NCBI GenBank assembly: GCA_044359815.1
Contig: JBIKLL010000004.1
Span: forward strand, 24,244-88,243
Direction: 5' to 3'
Source: Pseudobdellovibrionaceae bacterium
GTDB lineage: Bacteria > Bdellovibrionota > Bdellovibrionia > Bdellovibrionales > Bdellovibrionaceae
DNA length: 64,000 nucleotides
A model generated the notes under the pieces. The model was not told the DNA's origin, did no database searches, and saw only the letters and a list, made by a program, of their open reading frames with translations. A program made the position numbers and the translations under genes. This document shows, piece by piece, positions 48,368 to 58,300 of the stretch. The first letter of the stretch is position 1. Every line of letters begins with the position of its first letter.

Positions 48368-50077
48368 TCAGGCTGCAGAAGATTCTGGTTTTTTTGACTC
48401 TGAAGGTTTGCTTTCAGTTGCAAACAAAGATTCAATCTGCTGCCCGATTCGATCACGCACATCAGCGACTTGTGACTGAGCTGCTTCCCGTTGCTCGAGT
48501 TTTCTAAAGTACTCGTACAAACGAACTTTTTGCTTAGGTTGCAACAAAGACTCAAATACCTGCCGTTCCGCTTTAGGCGTATTAAACAGTGCCAGAGACC
48601 ACTCCTCGATACTAAATTTGGGTAATATCTGTTTGTACTGTTCAGTATTAAGACCATAAAATGGATAGAAGGGTGGGCGGATCTTTCGCAAATTTGAATC
48701 TTCACCCGAAGCTAAGTAGATTTCTTTTTCGGCTTGAATAGCTGCAAATCTTGCAAAGTTTAAGATTTCTCTTTCACCTTTGAACTTTGATAACAAAGTA
48801 GAGTCATTGAGCGGTAAAATATCTAAAGCTTTCTTGGAGTACTTCTTAACAGTCAATTCATCCAAGGGCTCTGGCCTGAAAGTTACGTCCAAGATTTGCC
48901 CCCAATTTCCCGGAAAGATTTCTCGTGCCCATCGCACTCCTTCGCCTTTTGGTAGGTGAGCCAGAATGGTCATAGCTTCTTTCTCTGGAATTCCTTTAAA
49001 GAATTCGCCGCAACGGTCCTTTAATCTCCAAACTAAAATCAAAAACTGCTGCCAAGGTGCCTCTTTGGCGTTTCTTTGCACTCGCAAACAGCGCTGCAGT
49101 TCTTCAAGTGTTAAATTGCCAACATCGGTGGGATCATTCAAAGCTTCCATCCAGTCCAATGAATTTGATAATCCAAAAATTCGCATCCTAAGATCAAAAG
49201 GCATTTCTGCTAAAAAAGCTCCAAATTCACCTTTATTTTTTTTCAGAAAGTTTTCAAAAATCAGTATATCATCGAGTCTTGGAAAATCAGCATGCTGAGA
49301 TAATAGTTTAATACCCATTGTTACGTGTTCCAGAAATTTCAATGAATCCAACATTTTTACTTCAGAGGAACCCATTCCTGCTGAGGACTTGCTGAATCCA
49401 TCAGTGGGACTGATGCTGGATGTGTTAGATGAGCTACTAGGGCCACTGTCGTTTACTGTACTCGAGCGCTGACCCATGACTTCCTTAAGGCTTGAAGTCA
49501 CTTTTTGCGCAGCAAAAGTCAAAACACCAAAGAGCCCCAACAAAAACAGGCCAATCAGCAAACCTACCATCAAAATATGATAAGCATTGAGTTTTCCAGC
49601 GTCACCGGAGGGACTTGATAGCCAAGTTCGTTTGCGAACTTCAATAGAGTCTCGAGCCTCCATCATACCTAAGGATGGAATTAAGCTGCTTTTGATTTCG
49701 GTAAGTTCATCTTCACTCAAGTCCGCAGGCACAGTGATAATCATCGATATTTTTTTAACTCTTGAAATCAATGCCGTGGCAGAGAGAGTAGGGTCTTCCC
49801 ACTCATCGAATTTTTCTTCATCTGCCAAGTCGTAATAGGGAAGGCCATCGGACCTTTCGCCTTTTTTCAATCTAAGTAGAGGATCCACACTGACATTCAC
49901 AATGAACGGACGGCCTGGAAAGCGTGCTCGTAAAAAATCCATGGCTTCGCGGTTGAGCATTTTTTCTACTTCAAGAACTCGCGCTGGCCTTCCCACGGGG
50001 GGTGGAGTCTGAGCATTGGCCGGGATTAGATCTAGAAATCCAATAACAAGATAGATCAAAGAAATGTACTTTATCAT
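48368..50077 (-). CDS. FliF(S-ring domain)-FliG-like fusion protein
   Basis: Signal peptide; VKKISMIITV...LSEDELTEIKSSL..SLG...RDSIEV (FliF-C-like); one TM; C-terminal YKQILPKFSIEEWSLALF...QVADVRDRI (FliG-C-like). Confidence 0.7.
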   Translation of the reverse strand: MIKYISLIYLVIGFLDLIPANAQTPPPVGRPARVLEVEKMLNREAMDFLRARFPGRPFIVNVSVDPLLRLKKGERSDGLPYYDLADEEKFDEWEDPTLSATALISRVKKISMIITVPADLSEDELTEIKSSLIPSLGMMEARDSIEVRKRTWLSSPSGDAGKLNAYHILMVGLLIGLFLLGLFGVLTFAAQKVTSSLKEVMGQRSSTVNDSGPSSSSNTSSISPTDGFSKSSAGMGSSEVKMLDSLKFLEHVTMGIKLLSQHADFPRLDDILIFENFLKKNKGEFGAFLAEMPFDLRMRIFGLSNSLDWMEALNDPTDVGNLTLEELQRCLRVQRNAKEAPWQQFLILVWRLKDRCGEFFKGIPEKEAMTILAHLPKGEGVRWAREIFPGNWGQILDVTFRPEPLDELTVKKYSKKALDILPLNDSTLLSKFKGEREILNFARFAAIQAEKEIYLASGEDSNLRKIRPPFYPFYGLNTEQYKQILPKFSIEEWSLALFNTPKAERQVFESLLQPKQKVRLYEYFRKLEQREAAQSQVADVRDRIGQQIESLFATESKPSESKKPESSAA

Positions 50078-50838
50078 TTGTTACCTCCTGGCTCGATCAC
50101 TAAAACTACTTTACGAGCCAAAGCCAAAGAGCCTTGCGCAGGCCTTATCGAAGCTGGTAGCCTTGCAAGTTCATCTGCCGTAACGACGAGTTCGCCATAT
50201 CCTCCGGTGCGGATGCGATCAATAGGAATCCCAGCGCTTTGGAGGACTCGCATCGCAGCAATGGATCGCAGAGCTGAAAGTTCTAAATTATCTTTGAATC
50301 GAAGCACTCCTTGGAGAACTTGTCTGTTGTCAGCAAAAGCTCGAATGCTTACAAAAAAGTTTCCAGAATAAGGCACAAAAAGTTTAGCAAATTGAGTTAA
50401 GCTTTCTCGGCCGTCTTTGGTTAGATCCACTTGTGAGGAGTTGAAAAAAGACACACCAGGGAACTCTAACAAAACTTTGTCATCAACTTCATATGCCACA
50501 GGAGCAAATTCTTTTGGGAACGTGACTTTGTTTACAGCTGCATCCTCAGACGGTAAATTGGGACGAACTGCCGCTCCCGCCGGGGTGATGGGTTTCACTT
50601 GGTCAAAGTAAGGTTTATCACTTTTGCCTTCAGTAATAGCTTTGATCTCATCTAAAAAAGCAACACGCATTTTATTTGGACGGGGTGGACTTTGATCCAA
50701 CGAGAAAAATAAAATAAAAAATGTAAGTAGTAGTGTGATCAAATCGCCGTAACTTACAGCCCAAGTTCCTTCAGTGTCTACTTCTTCGGCTTCCGTGTGC
50801 CTATTTCGTTTTCGATGAAGGGATTTTGTAAAACTCAT
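50074..50838 (-). CDS. motB: MotB-family stator protein
   Basis: WAVSYGDLITLLLTFFILFF with the conserved Asp; OmpA-like C-domain DNLELSALR...GYGE. Confidence 0.9.
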   Translation of the reverse strand: MSFTKSLHRKRNRHTEAEEVDTEGTWAVSYGDLITLLLTFFILFFSLDQSPPRPNKMRVAFLDEIKAITEGKSDKPYFDQVKPITPAGAAVRPNLPSEDAAVNKVTFPKEFAPVAYEVDDKVLLEFPGVSFFNSSQVDLTKDGRESLTQFAKLFVPYSGNFFVSIRAFADNRQVLQGVLRFKDNLELSALRSIAAMRVLQSAGIPIDRIRTGGYGELVVTADELARLPASIRPAQGSLALARKVVLVIEPGGNK

Positions 50839-51608
50839 GCGGCATCTTCTCCCGTGAACTGACTCATGCGCTCGTCGGCATTGATGTAGCTTTGCAAGAA
50901 CTCGGAAGTTACAATTTGCGAATCTTCAGTCAAAGAAAGCATCACAGCAGAAATGGCGATTTCCCCAGCGTACTCTTCACCTTGCACGGATTGAGTGAGC
51001 ACTTCGCCAAAAGGTCCAATCAAATAGTTGGCCATAATGAGTCCGTACATAGTTGCGACAAGGGCGAGGGCCATTTCAAGAGCAGTCTCACCTGCAGGCA
51101 TGCCGCGCGAAACCCCACGCATCACGTTTACTAGTCCTAAAACAGTTCCCATCAAACCAAACGCAGGTGGGTACTTGGCAATTCCCTTAAGAACTCCCGT
51201 AACCCTTCTTAGTCTTCGGATTCTGGCATCCAATCGTTCACGCAAGATGATCTCAACGTGCTCGTTGCTAATGCCTATTTGCTTCAAATCAAAACCCTCG
51301 CGCAAAAGACTTCCGTAAATTCTCTTTGCGACTTCATCCGAACAGCTTTTGGTTTTGGTTGCATTTTCACAGTCGGCGATTACTTGCGCAAGCGGGTATC
51401 CTGATCGTTTAATTAATTTTGAAAAAGCCCATTTGATTTCAGCTTTCATTTCCCAAGGTAAGACCATCACGGCAGCAGCTATAGTTCCACCCACCACCAT
51501 GATTAAAGCGACAAAATCATAGATTGAAGACAGCGCTTGTCCCAGATACATCATCGCACCTACGAACGACAGTATTCCGATAAACAATCCAATAGGTAAA
51601 AAGCTCAT
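50835..51608 (-). CDS. motA: MotA-family stator protein
   Basis: ALIMVVGGTIAA, PAFGLMGTVLGLV and ALVATMYGLIMAN...P; overlaps motB. Confidence 0.9.
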   Translation of the reverse strand: MSFLPIGLFIGILSFVGAMMYLGQALSSIYDFVALIMVVGGTIAAAVMVLPWEMKAEIKWAFSKLIKRSGYPLAQVIADCENATKTKSCSDEVAKRIYGSLLREGFDLKQIGISNEHVEIILRERLDARIRRLRRVTGVLKGIAKYPPAFGLMGTVLGLVNVMRGVSRGMPAGETALEMALALVATMYGLIMANYLIGPFGEVLTQSVQGEEYAGEIAISAVMLSLTEDSQIVTSEFLQSYINADERMSQFTGEDAA

Positions 51609-51694
51609 TTTTATTGACTCCTAAGACGCTCTGTCTCGAAATGTAATCGGCGAACGTCCCGACAAGATGAAGTCCAGCGTGATTTAACTGTGCT

Positions 51695-52234
51695 TTAGTA
51701 CTGATGAGCGCGAATAGTTTCAGACTCAAATAAAGGTAGCTCCAGGCCCTTGATCCAGAATTTTTCCTGAACAGCTTTGGCTGCGATGGCTTCTTGGTGG
51801 TACTTCATTCGGCTTCGATTAATGGACTCTTCAATTTTTTCTAATCCAGTGGGTTTTAGTTGTAAAGCGCTAGGGTTGGTCAGCAAATTACCCAGAGCAC
51901 TACTTACTTTGTTTTGAATTTGCTCAAAGCGATCTAAGTCCTCTTTGGTGGTTAGTGAAGCTTTTAGGGTCTCTTCGAGCTCTTGGGCTTCAATCTGCTG
52001 AAAAGTAATTTTTTCTTTATTGGCTTTTGACTTTATTTGATTGACCCAACTAAGAAACAAAGTCGTTCGCTGCGAATACAACTCTACAAGCTTAATCAGT
52101 TCAGCATTCGCTGCTTCAGAATGTTGGAGCTGCTGAACTTGGGCTTTTTCTCGTTCCATCAAGATAAAAATTAAACCTGCTCCAAGGATCAAAGCGGTGC
52201 CTAAAGCTAAAATGATTCTTCTTGGTGTTTTCAT
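51695..52234 (-). CDS. LemA-like membrane-anchored protein
   Basis: N-terminal TM; YSQR and LEKIEESINRSRMKYHQEA resemble LemA helices. Confidence 0.65.
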   Translation of the reverse strand: MKTPRRIILALGTALILGAGLIFILMEREKAQVQQLQHSEAANAELIKLVELYSQRTTLFLSWVNQIKSKANKEKITFQQIEAQELEETLKASLTTKEDLDRFEQIQNKVSSALGNLLTNPSALQLKPTGLEKIEESINRSRMKYHQEAIAAKAVQEKFWIKGLELPLFESETIRAHQY

Positions 52235-52329
52235 GAGACAAAGTGTATCTGGAAATCTTGTTAAATCTGAGTCCTGCTGAATTTGGACTAGCCTTTAACT
52301 AGTCCTGCACTTTATGAAGGGGGCAGTTT

Positions 52330-55300
52330 TTAGAACCAACGTCGGACCAGTCGGATCAAGTGATTGGATCGCTCTGAAATGTATAGATTTCCACTGCCAT
52401 CAAAAGCCAACCCAAAGGGCGAGTTCAAGCTCACAGGCGAGTAGCTTAGCGGATTTGAGTTGTAACTGGCGTTGACATTTTCCATTTCAGATCCCAACGG
52501 GGCACCGGCTCGCACGTTGCTATTGGACGCTGGACCAACAGTCAGCGAGGGGTTGGTCGTTGCAGACGCACGATCAAAACACTGTACAAAATGCGGTCCT
52601 TGGTTTCCATTGTTCACATTCGGATGTCCGGCGGCATAGCAAATTTGGTTACCAAAAGTGGCAAGCCCTTGCAGCCAGCCAGCAGTGGCGCCCAGTACCG
52701 AAGTCGCTGCTGCATTCACGTTCAGCAGAGTGGTCACTGTGGCATTCCCTCCAGTGGCTGCGGGCACCGGAATTCCACCAATATAAATATTGGCCTGCAT
52801 AGCGCCGCAACTTCCGGAGCAAGCTGCGTAGTAATTGACGTATCTAAGGCGGCTTGGATTTAAGTCAATGGCATCAGCAAAAAAGAAGTTCCCTGGGTAA
52901 AGTGGGTCCGCCATAATTGCCGTAGGGAATCGAATCAAAGCACTTGTGATACTGCCGTCTGTCGTGTTGGCTGTTCCGCATGTTCCCACCGTGTTGATCA
53001 GATCCCCAGAGGGCGTGACCCGCATGATGCAATGATCATTGTAGTTAGAAAACAAAATATTTGTGCCGTCAAAAGCCACTTGATCCGGAGTATTCAATCG
53101 AATGCCCGTAGCTGTAGCCGGACCTCTGTTTGTGCCTGGAGCTGTCGGAGACAAAGTACCGCAAGGAAAACTTGCGTCCCCGGCCAAATCCACGACCAAG
53201 TTTCCGGGGATTGATTGCCCTGCTAAAGAAGTCAAAGTTGCAGTCATATTGGCGGCTCTGATTTGGCAAAAACTTCCGGAGCTCCAGTTCCCTTGGTCGG
53301 CAAAAACCAGCAAAGGCACGTTGCCACTACCGTTGACCATGGTCATCCCTCTAGGGGAGTTCACATTCACTGAAGTGGGGCCACCCACATGGAAGTTGCC
53401 TTGCGTGCCCAGTCCAACCGCTGCATTGACTTTGCCCGTGAGCAAATTCACCGAGCGAATGTAGAAGTGCGAAGAGTCCGACACATAGAGCATATTATTG
53501 GCTGTATCGATCGTGATGCCAGAAGGGTCCGCCAAAAAAGTATCCACAGCATCCGAATTGGCTTCGTAGACGTCATTTCGCCATCTGTAAGAACCTAGCA
53601 CTCGGTAGGTCTCACCATTCGTTGAGGTCACGGGCAGACCCCTGATCACACGGTCGTTGGTATCAGCAACAAAAAGATGTCCCGTGTTTGAATCCAGGGT
53701 CAGACCGATCGGATTCTGCAGCTGCGCCGTAGTGCCCGGTCCATCGTTGGGCGGCATCAACGTACCGCCAGTACCAAATATAGTTTGGCTACCGTATGCA
53801 GGAACAACAACGCTACTGATCGTCCGAGCAGAGCCTGTGTTGTTAAGGTAAAAAGCCCGGTGGTAGTTGTTACTTGCGTAGTAAAAACCAGTCACGTTAC
53901 CGCCAGAGGTTTCAACCTGCAGACCCCAAGCTTGTCCCCATCCCAAAGCGCCGAACGTGTTGTTTTGATTGAACTGATTGGCTGAGTAAGCCGTGCCTGC
54001 AAGAGTAACTGTGGCGTTGGCAGGTGCAATCGCAGTGCCTCGATAATAGTAAACCGCATTAGTGGTGCTGGCCGCGATCGTCACACCCCAGATCGGAGTC
54101 GTGGAACAAGCCGAATCGGTGTAAAAGTTTCCGAAACCTTGGTGATGTAAATTTGTGTTTACTGCTGTCGACCTGAACGCAACCAAGTTGCTAGAGTTTC
54201 TGTATTGCACCAGCAAAGGAACACACTCGCCATTGATGTGATTGGGGGCTGCAAAAGCCGCAAAACGATCGGCAGTGCTCGGCGGAGCGCCCGTTCCAAC
54301 GGTCACGGCTAAACTGCCTGCAGTAAGACCTGTTGCTGTCGCAGAAAAATTGACTCCACCCGCAGTTGCGTTTCGGTAGAAGAAAAGCACCGAGGATCGA
54401 TTTGCCGGAATCGTCACAGAAGCTGCGGATGTCGAACAGCTACTATCCGAGAAAAAGGCCCCAGTCCCGGCTCCTGCTAAATTCACGGCTAGAGGTGTGG
54501 CATTCGCGAAAGCATTGTTAGTGGCATTTCTGCGCACAACGATAAAAGGTGTGCAAGTATTGTTGCCAGCCACTGTGCTGCCCACTAAAAGCAAATTGGC
54601 TTGAGCGCCTGTCGCTGCAATCGGAGTCAGTGCGGGAGCCACAGTATTTGATTGTAGCATCCCCCCAGAAGTAGCTCTGTCATTAACATAAAGGCTATTA
54701 CCCCAAGCGGCGACAGAAGTGGTTCCGTCAAAGAAGGTCATCGCAGATCCTGCAGTGGTTGCCATACGCAGACGGTAGCCGCCGACTTCCATCCAATAGA
54801 TGTTGCCATTGCCATCATCCGACAGCGCCGAGGGAGCGTTCACTCCCGCAGCATTCAGCTGACTGGTGTGCTGAGGTGAGGGCACAGCACCGTCGTTGTT
54901 AGAGGCAACGCTCGACCCCGCACTATTGAGAGTTACGACGGTATTGTATGCTCTTAAATAATTTGGGCTGGTGGGTAAGACATCTAAGCGTTTGATGGCG
55001 TGCGAACTGTAACATGAAACATACAGCCAACGGTTTCCGCCATGATTCACCAATCGAACATCGGCAGGATTCTGGCAAAAATGAGTTGTGCCCAGATTAC
55101 CACTGGTATTACCCGCAGCATTGTTAGCAGGAGCCGCTGCACCCGGCACTTGGCCTAAAACTGTGACAAGTTTCCCGTCAGTTCCTAAGCGCACCACCCG
55201 CCAATTGTTCCAATCCGCAATGTATAAAAAGCCAGTGGCAGAGTCATAGGCAATTCCGCGGGGGTAGTTCAATTTGGCGTTGGTGTTGGTGGTGGTATTG

Positions 55301-58300
55301 TCAGGAGTCAAACCATCGGCACCATTACCCACGATGACTTTCATTTGTCCTGCGGGAATGGTCATGCTCCACCTTGAGATATTTTGACTGCTACGATTCC
55401 AGAACCAAACCACGTGATTGATTTGGTCACTGAAAATTAAATTCCCACCGTCGTCATTGATGACAAATGCTGGGTTGGTTTTGATTTGCGACTGAGTAGA
55501 GAGGCTCGGCACGACAGAATCACCGATCGATGGATTTCCGACCAAAGTGCAAATCTTGCCGCCAGAAGTATTTGAGTTCAGCAGATCATTGCAGGCTTGA
55601 GAAAAAGCGTTGACCCGAATTGTCCAGCTTCTGGTCGCGGATTCATACCCGTCAGAGACTGTGACAGACACAGTGTTTGAGCCCAGGTAGCTCGCATTCC
55701 CTCCAGGGTTTAGAGTCGTGATGGATGACCCTGATGGAAGAATGGTTGAATTTGGAAAGCCGTTAATCTTCCACTCATAGGTTAAATTGTCATTGTTTGC
55801 ATCGGTCGCAGTCACACCCAAAGTGATCGAGCCCTTGTAGTACAAATTGTAGGCTTGCGAATTGACGGGATTCACCGCGGTCACTTGCGGGGCTGCATTG
55901 ACTTTAACATTAAAATCACAGTCGTCTGTATTGTCGAGGGCGTCTGATGCCACACCTTTGAAAGTGTAGTCGCCCGAGGCCAAGCTGCCTGAAGAAACAT
56001 TGTAGCTTGAGCCAGTAATACCACCAATCAGAACACCATTGCGGTACCATTTGTATCCATCACCCAAAGCATTTGCAGCAACCACTTGCAACGTTTTTGT
56101 ACTGTCAGCACCCGCAGAGTAAACCACTACTGGATTGATGGCAGGCAAACAGGAAGTGACGTTGACCGTATTGGGATTCACAATATCAAAAGTCCAACTG
56201 CAAGAGCCAGCGTCGTAGCCATCATCAAATCCAAGACTCACCAATTGCCCGTTACCCACTTGGCTGAGGGTCGGTACAAAAGTCGCCGAGCTGGCTGTAG
56301 CTGTGGTGTTTACAGACGTGAACAAACTTGGGTTTGGCAAAGCCTGAAAGCGCCATCCATAATTTGTGACCGTGTCTCCGTCAGGATCTGACGAAGTTGC
56401 TGAAAAGGCTACAGTTTGGTTGTAAGGCAAAGCCGCAGGATTTGAAGCTGGAGTCTTACTTTGACAAATGGGCGCTTGATTTTTTGACACGACCCAAGTT
56501 CTTGTCGTTGGCGAAGTGATTCCGTTGTCAAGGTTCGCCACGATCGTGTTGGTGTCTGGACCTGAATTCAACTGTGAGGATAAAAAGTTACGTAGTGGTC
56601 CGGTCCCTACAGGAGTACCGTTGAGGGTCCACGAAACCACACAGGTGGCATCCGTAGGAATCGCAGCAAAGGATGTTTGTGTTGAAGGCGCAACGGAGAC
56701 TTTGTAAGTTGACGTCGCGGGCACCGCTGTTGAAATTGAACAGCTGTTGATGACTTGAGTTGTCCACGAGCAAGAAGCAGAATCATAACCATCGTTAACA
56801 TTCACTTGTATGCTTTGTCCGGCTCCTATCTGGGCAGCCGTCGGAGCAAAAATCGCTTGCCCAGTATTGCCACTGCTAGACACCGTGAACAAAGGCGATG
56901 ATGCCGCATTTCCGTTGTACAGCCATGAATAAGTCAAAGTGTCTGAGTCCGGATTTCCGGCATTGGCGATAAAAGTGGTATTGCCACCAATCCCTGTGGA
57001 TGAGCCCAAAGAACTCGGCGTTTGGCTATCGCAAGTTGGAGCTTGATTTCTTGTCACCGTCCAAGATCTGGTGGTGGTCGACAAACCATTAGATGCTGTT
57101 GCCACGAGGGTGTTCGTTCCTGGAGACGCTAAGAACTGAGAAGAGTTCAAATTCAGAATGCTGCTGGTGGCGCCAACCACGGTGTTGTCGTTGAGCTTCC
57201 AGCTGACTAAACACGTAGCATCGCTTGGTGTTGCTATGAAAGTATTTGAAACGGCTCCATTGCTGGCTACCTTAGCAGTCGCCGTCGACGGGTTGGCTGC
57301 AGTGATGGCACAGGCAGGAACAACTTCCACTGACCAACTGCAAGACGTGGAGTCATACCCGTCTGAAATCATTGCCAAAGCGTTGTTAAACCCTAGAAAA
57401 CTTGCTGTGGGGCTAAAGGTCGCTCGGCTGGCATTCGAGGCCGGAGTCGAAAGCACGAATTCAGGCCCAATCGCCGCACCCTGATTGGTCCAATTGAACG
57501 TGATATCGTCAAAGTTCGCATCTGAAGCATATCCCGTCAACTGAATGCTGTTGCCGACTGCAAGCACACTGCCGGTCGGACTGGGGCTCTGAGACGAACA
57601 AATCGGAGGTGTGTTCTTGACGACCGTCCAAGTCTTTGTGTCTGTTGTGAATCCATTTGTAACGGACACGGACAATGTGTTGCTACCGCCGTTCAGCGAT
57701 GACGAAGGCAAATAATAGGTGCCCGAAGTGGCTGTCGGGATCGCCAGGCTATTCAGAGTCCAAGTATAAGCACAGCCCGAGTTCGCAGGAGCCTGAAAAA
57801 GAGTCGTTGCACTTGAGTTGAATGGGGCACGAACATCACCCGAATTTGATGGGGTTGCCTGAGAAATAATACACTGATTTAAAATATCAACAGTCCAAGA
57901 GCACGAAGCCGTGTCGTAGGAGTCATTCAAGTCCGCTGTTACAATCTGACCCAGTCCCGTGTAGCTTGCGTTTGCGCTGAATACCACCTGGCTGGAGTTG
58001 CCAAACGAAGAAGTTGTAAAGTGAGAAGGGTTCGGCGTGGATCCGTTGTACTTCCAGCCAAAAGTCATCGAATCATTGTCTGTGTTGGAAGCATTCACTT
58101 GAAAAGTGATGTTGCCACCCACACCCACGGTGTTGCCAGCACTTGCTGGATTTTGAGAAGAGCATGACGGCGGGGTATTTTTCACCACCGACCACAATTT
58201 GGTGTCTGATGTGAAACCATTCGAGACCGACACCTGTAATACATTCGCACCTGCATTCAGAGCTGAATTATTTAAAGTGTACGCACTCGACGTGGCACCA

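Noticed and set aside
48301..48705. Alternative-frame and antisense ORFs here and throughout the ORF track
   Set aside because: They overlap longer genes that have recognisable motifs and show no independent coding signal.
50074..51608. Zorya ZorAB defence system
   Set aside because: MotA lacks the long ZorA tail, no ZorC/D/E-like genes are adjacent, and the neighbour is FliF/FliG-like.
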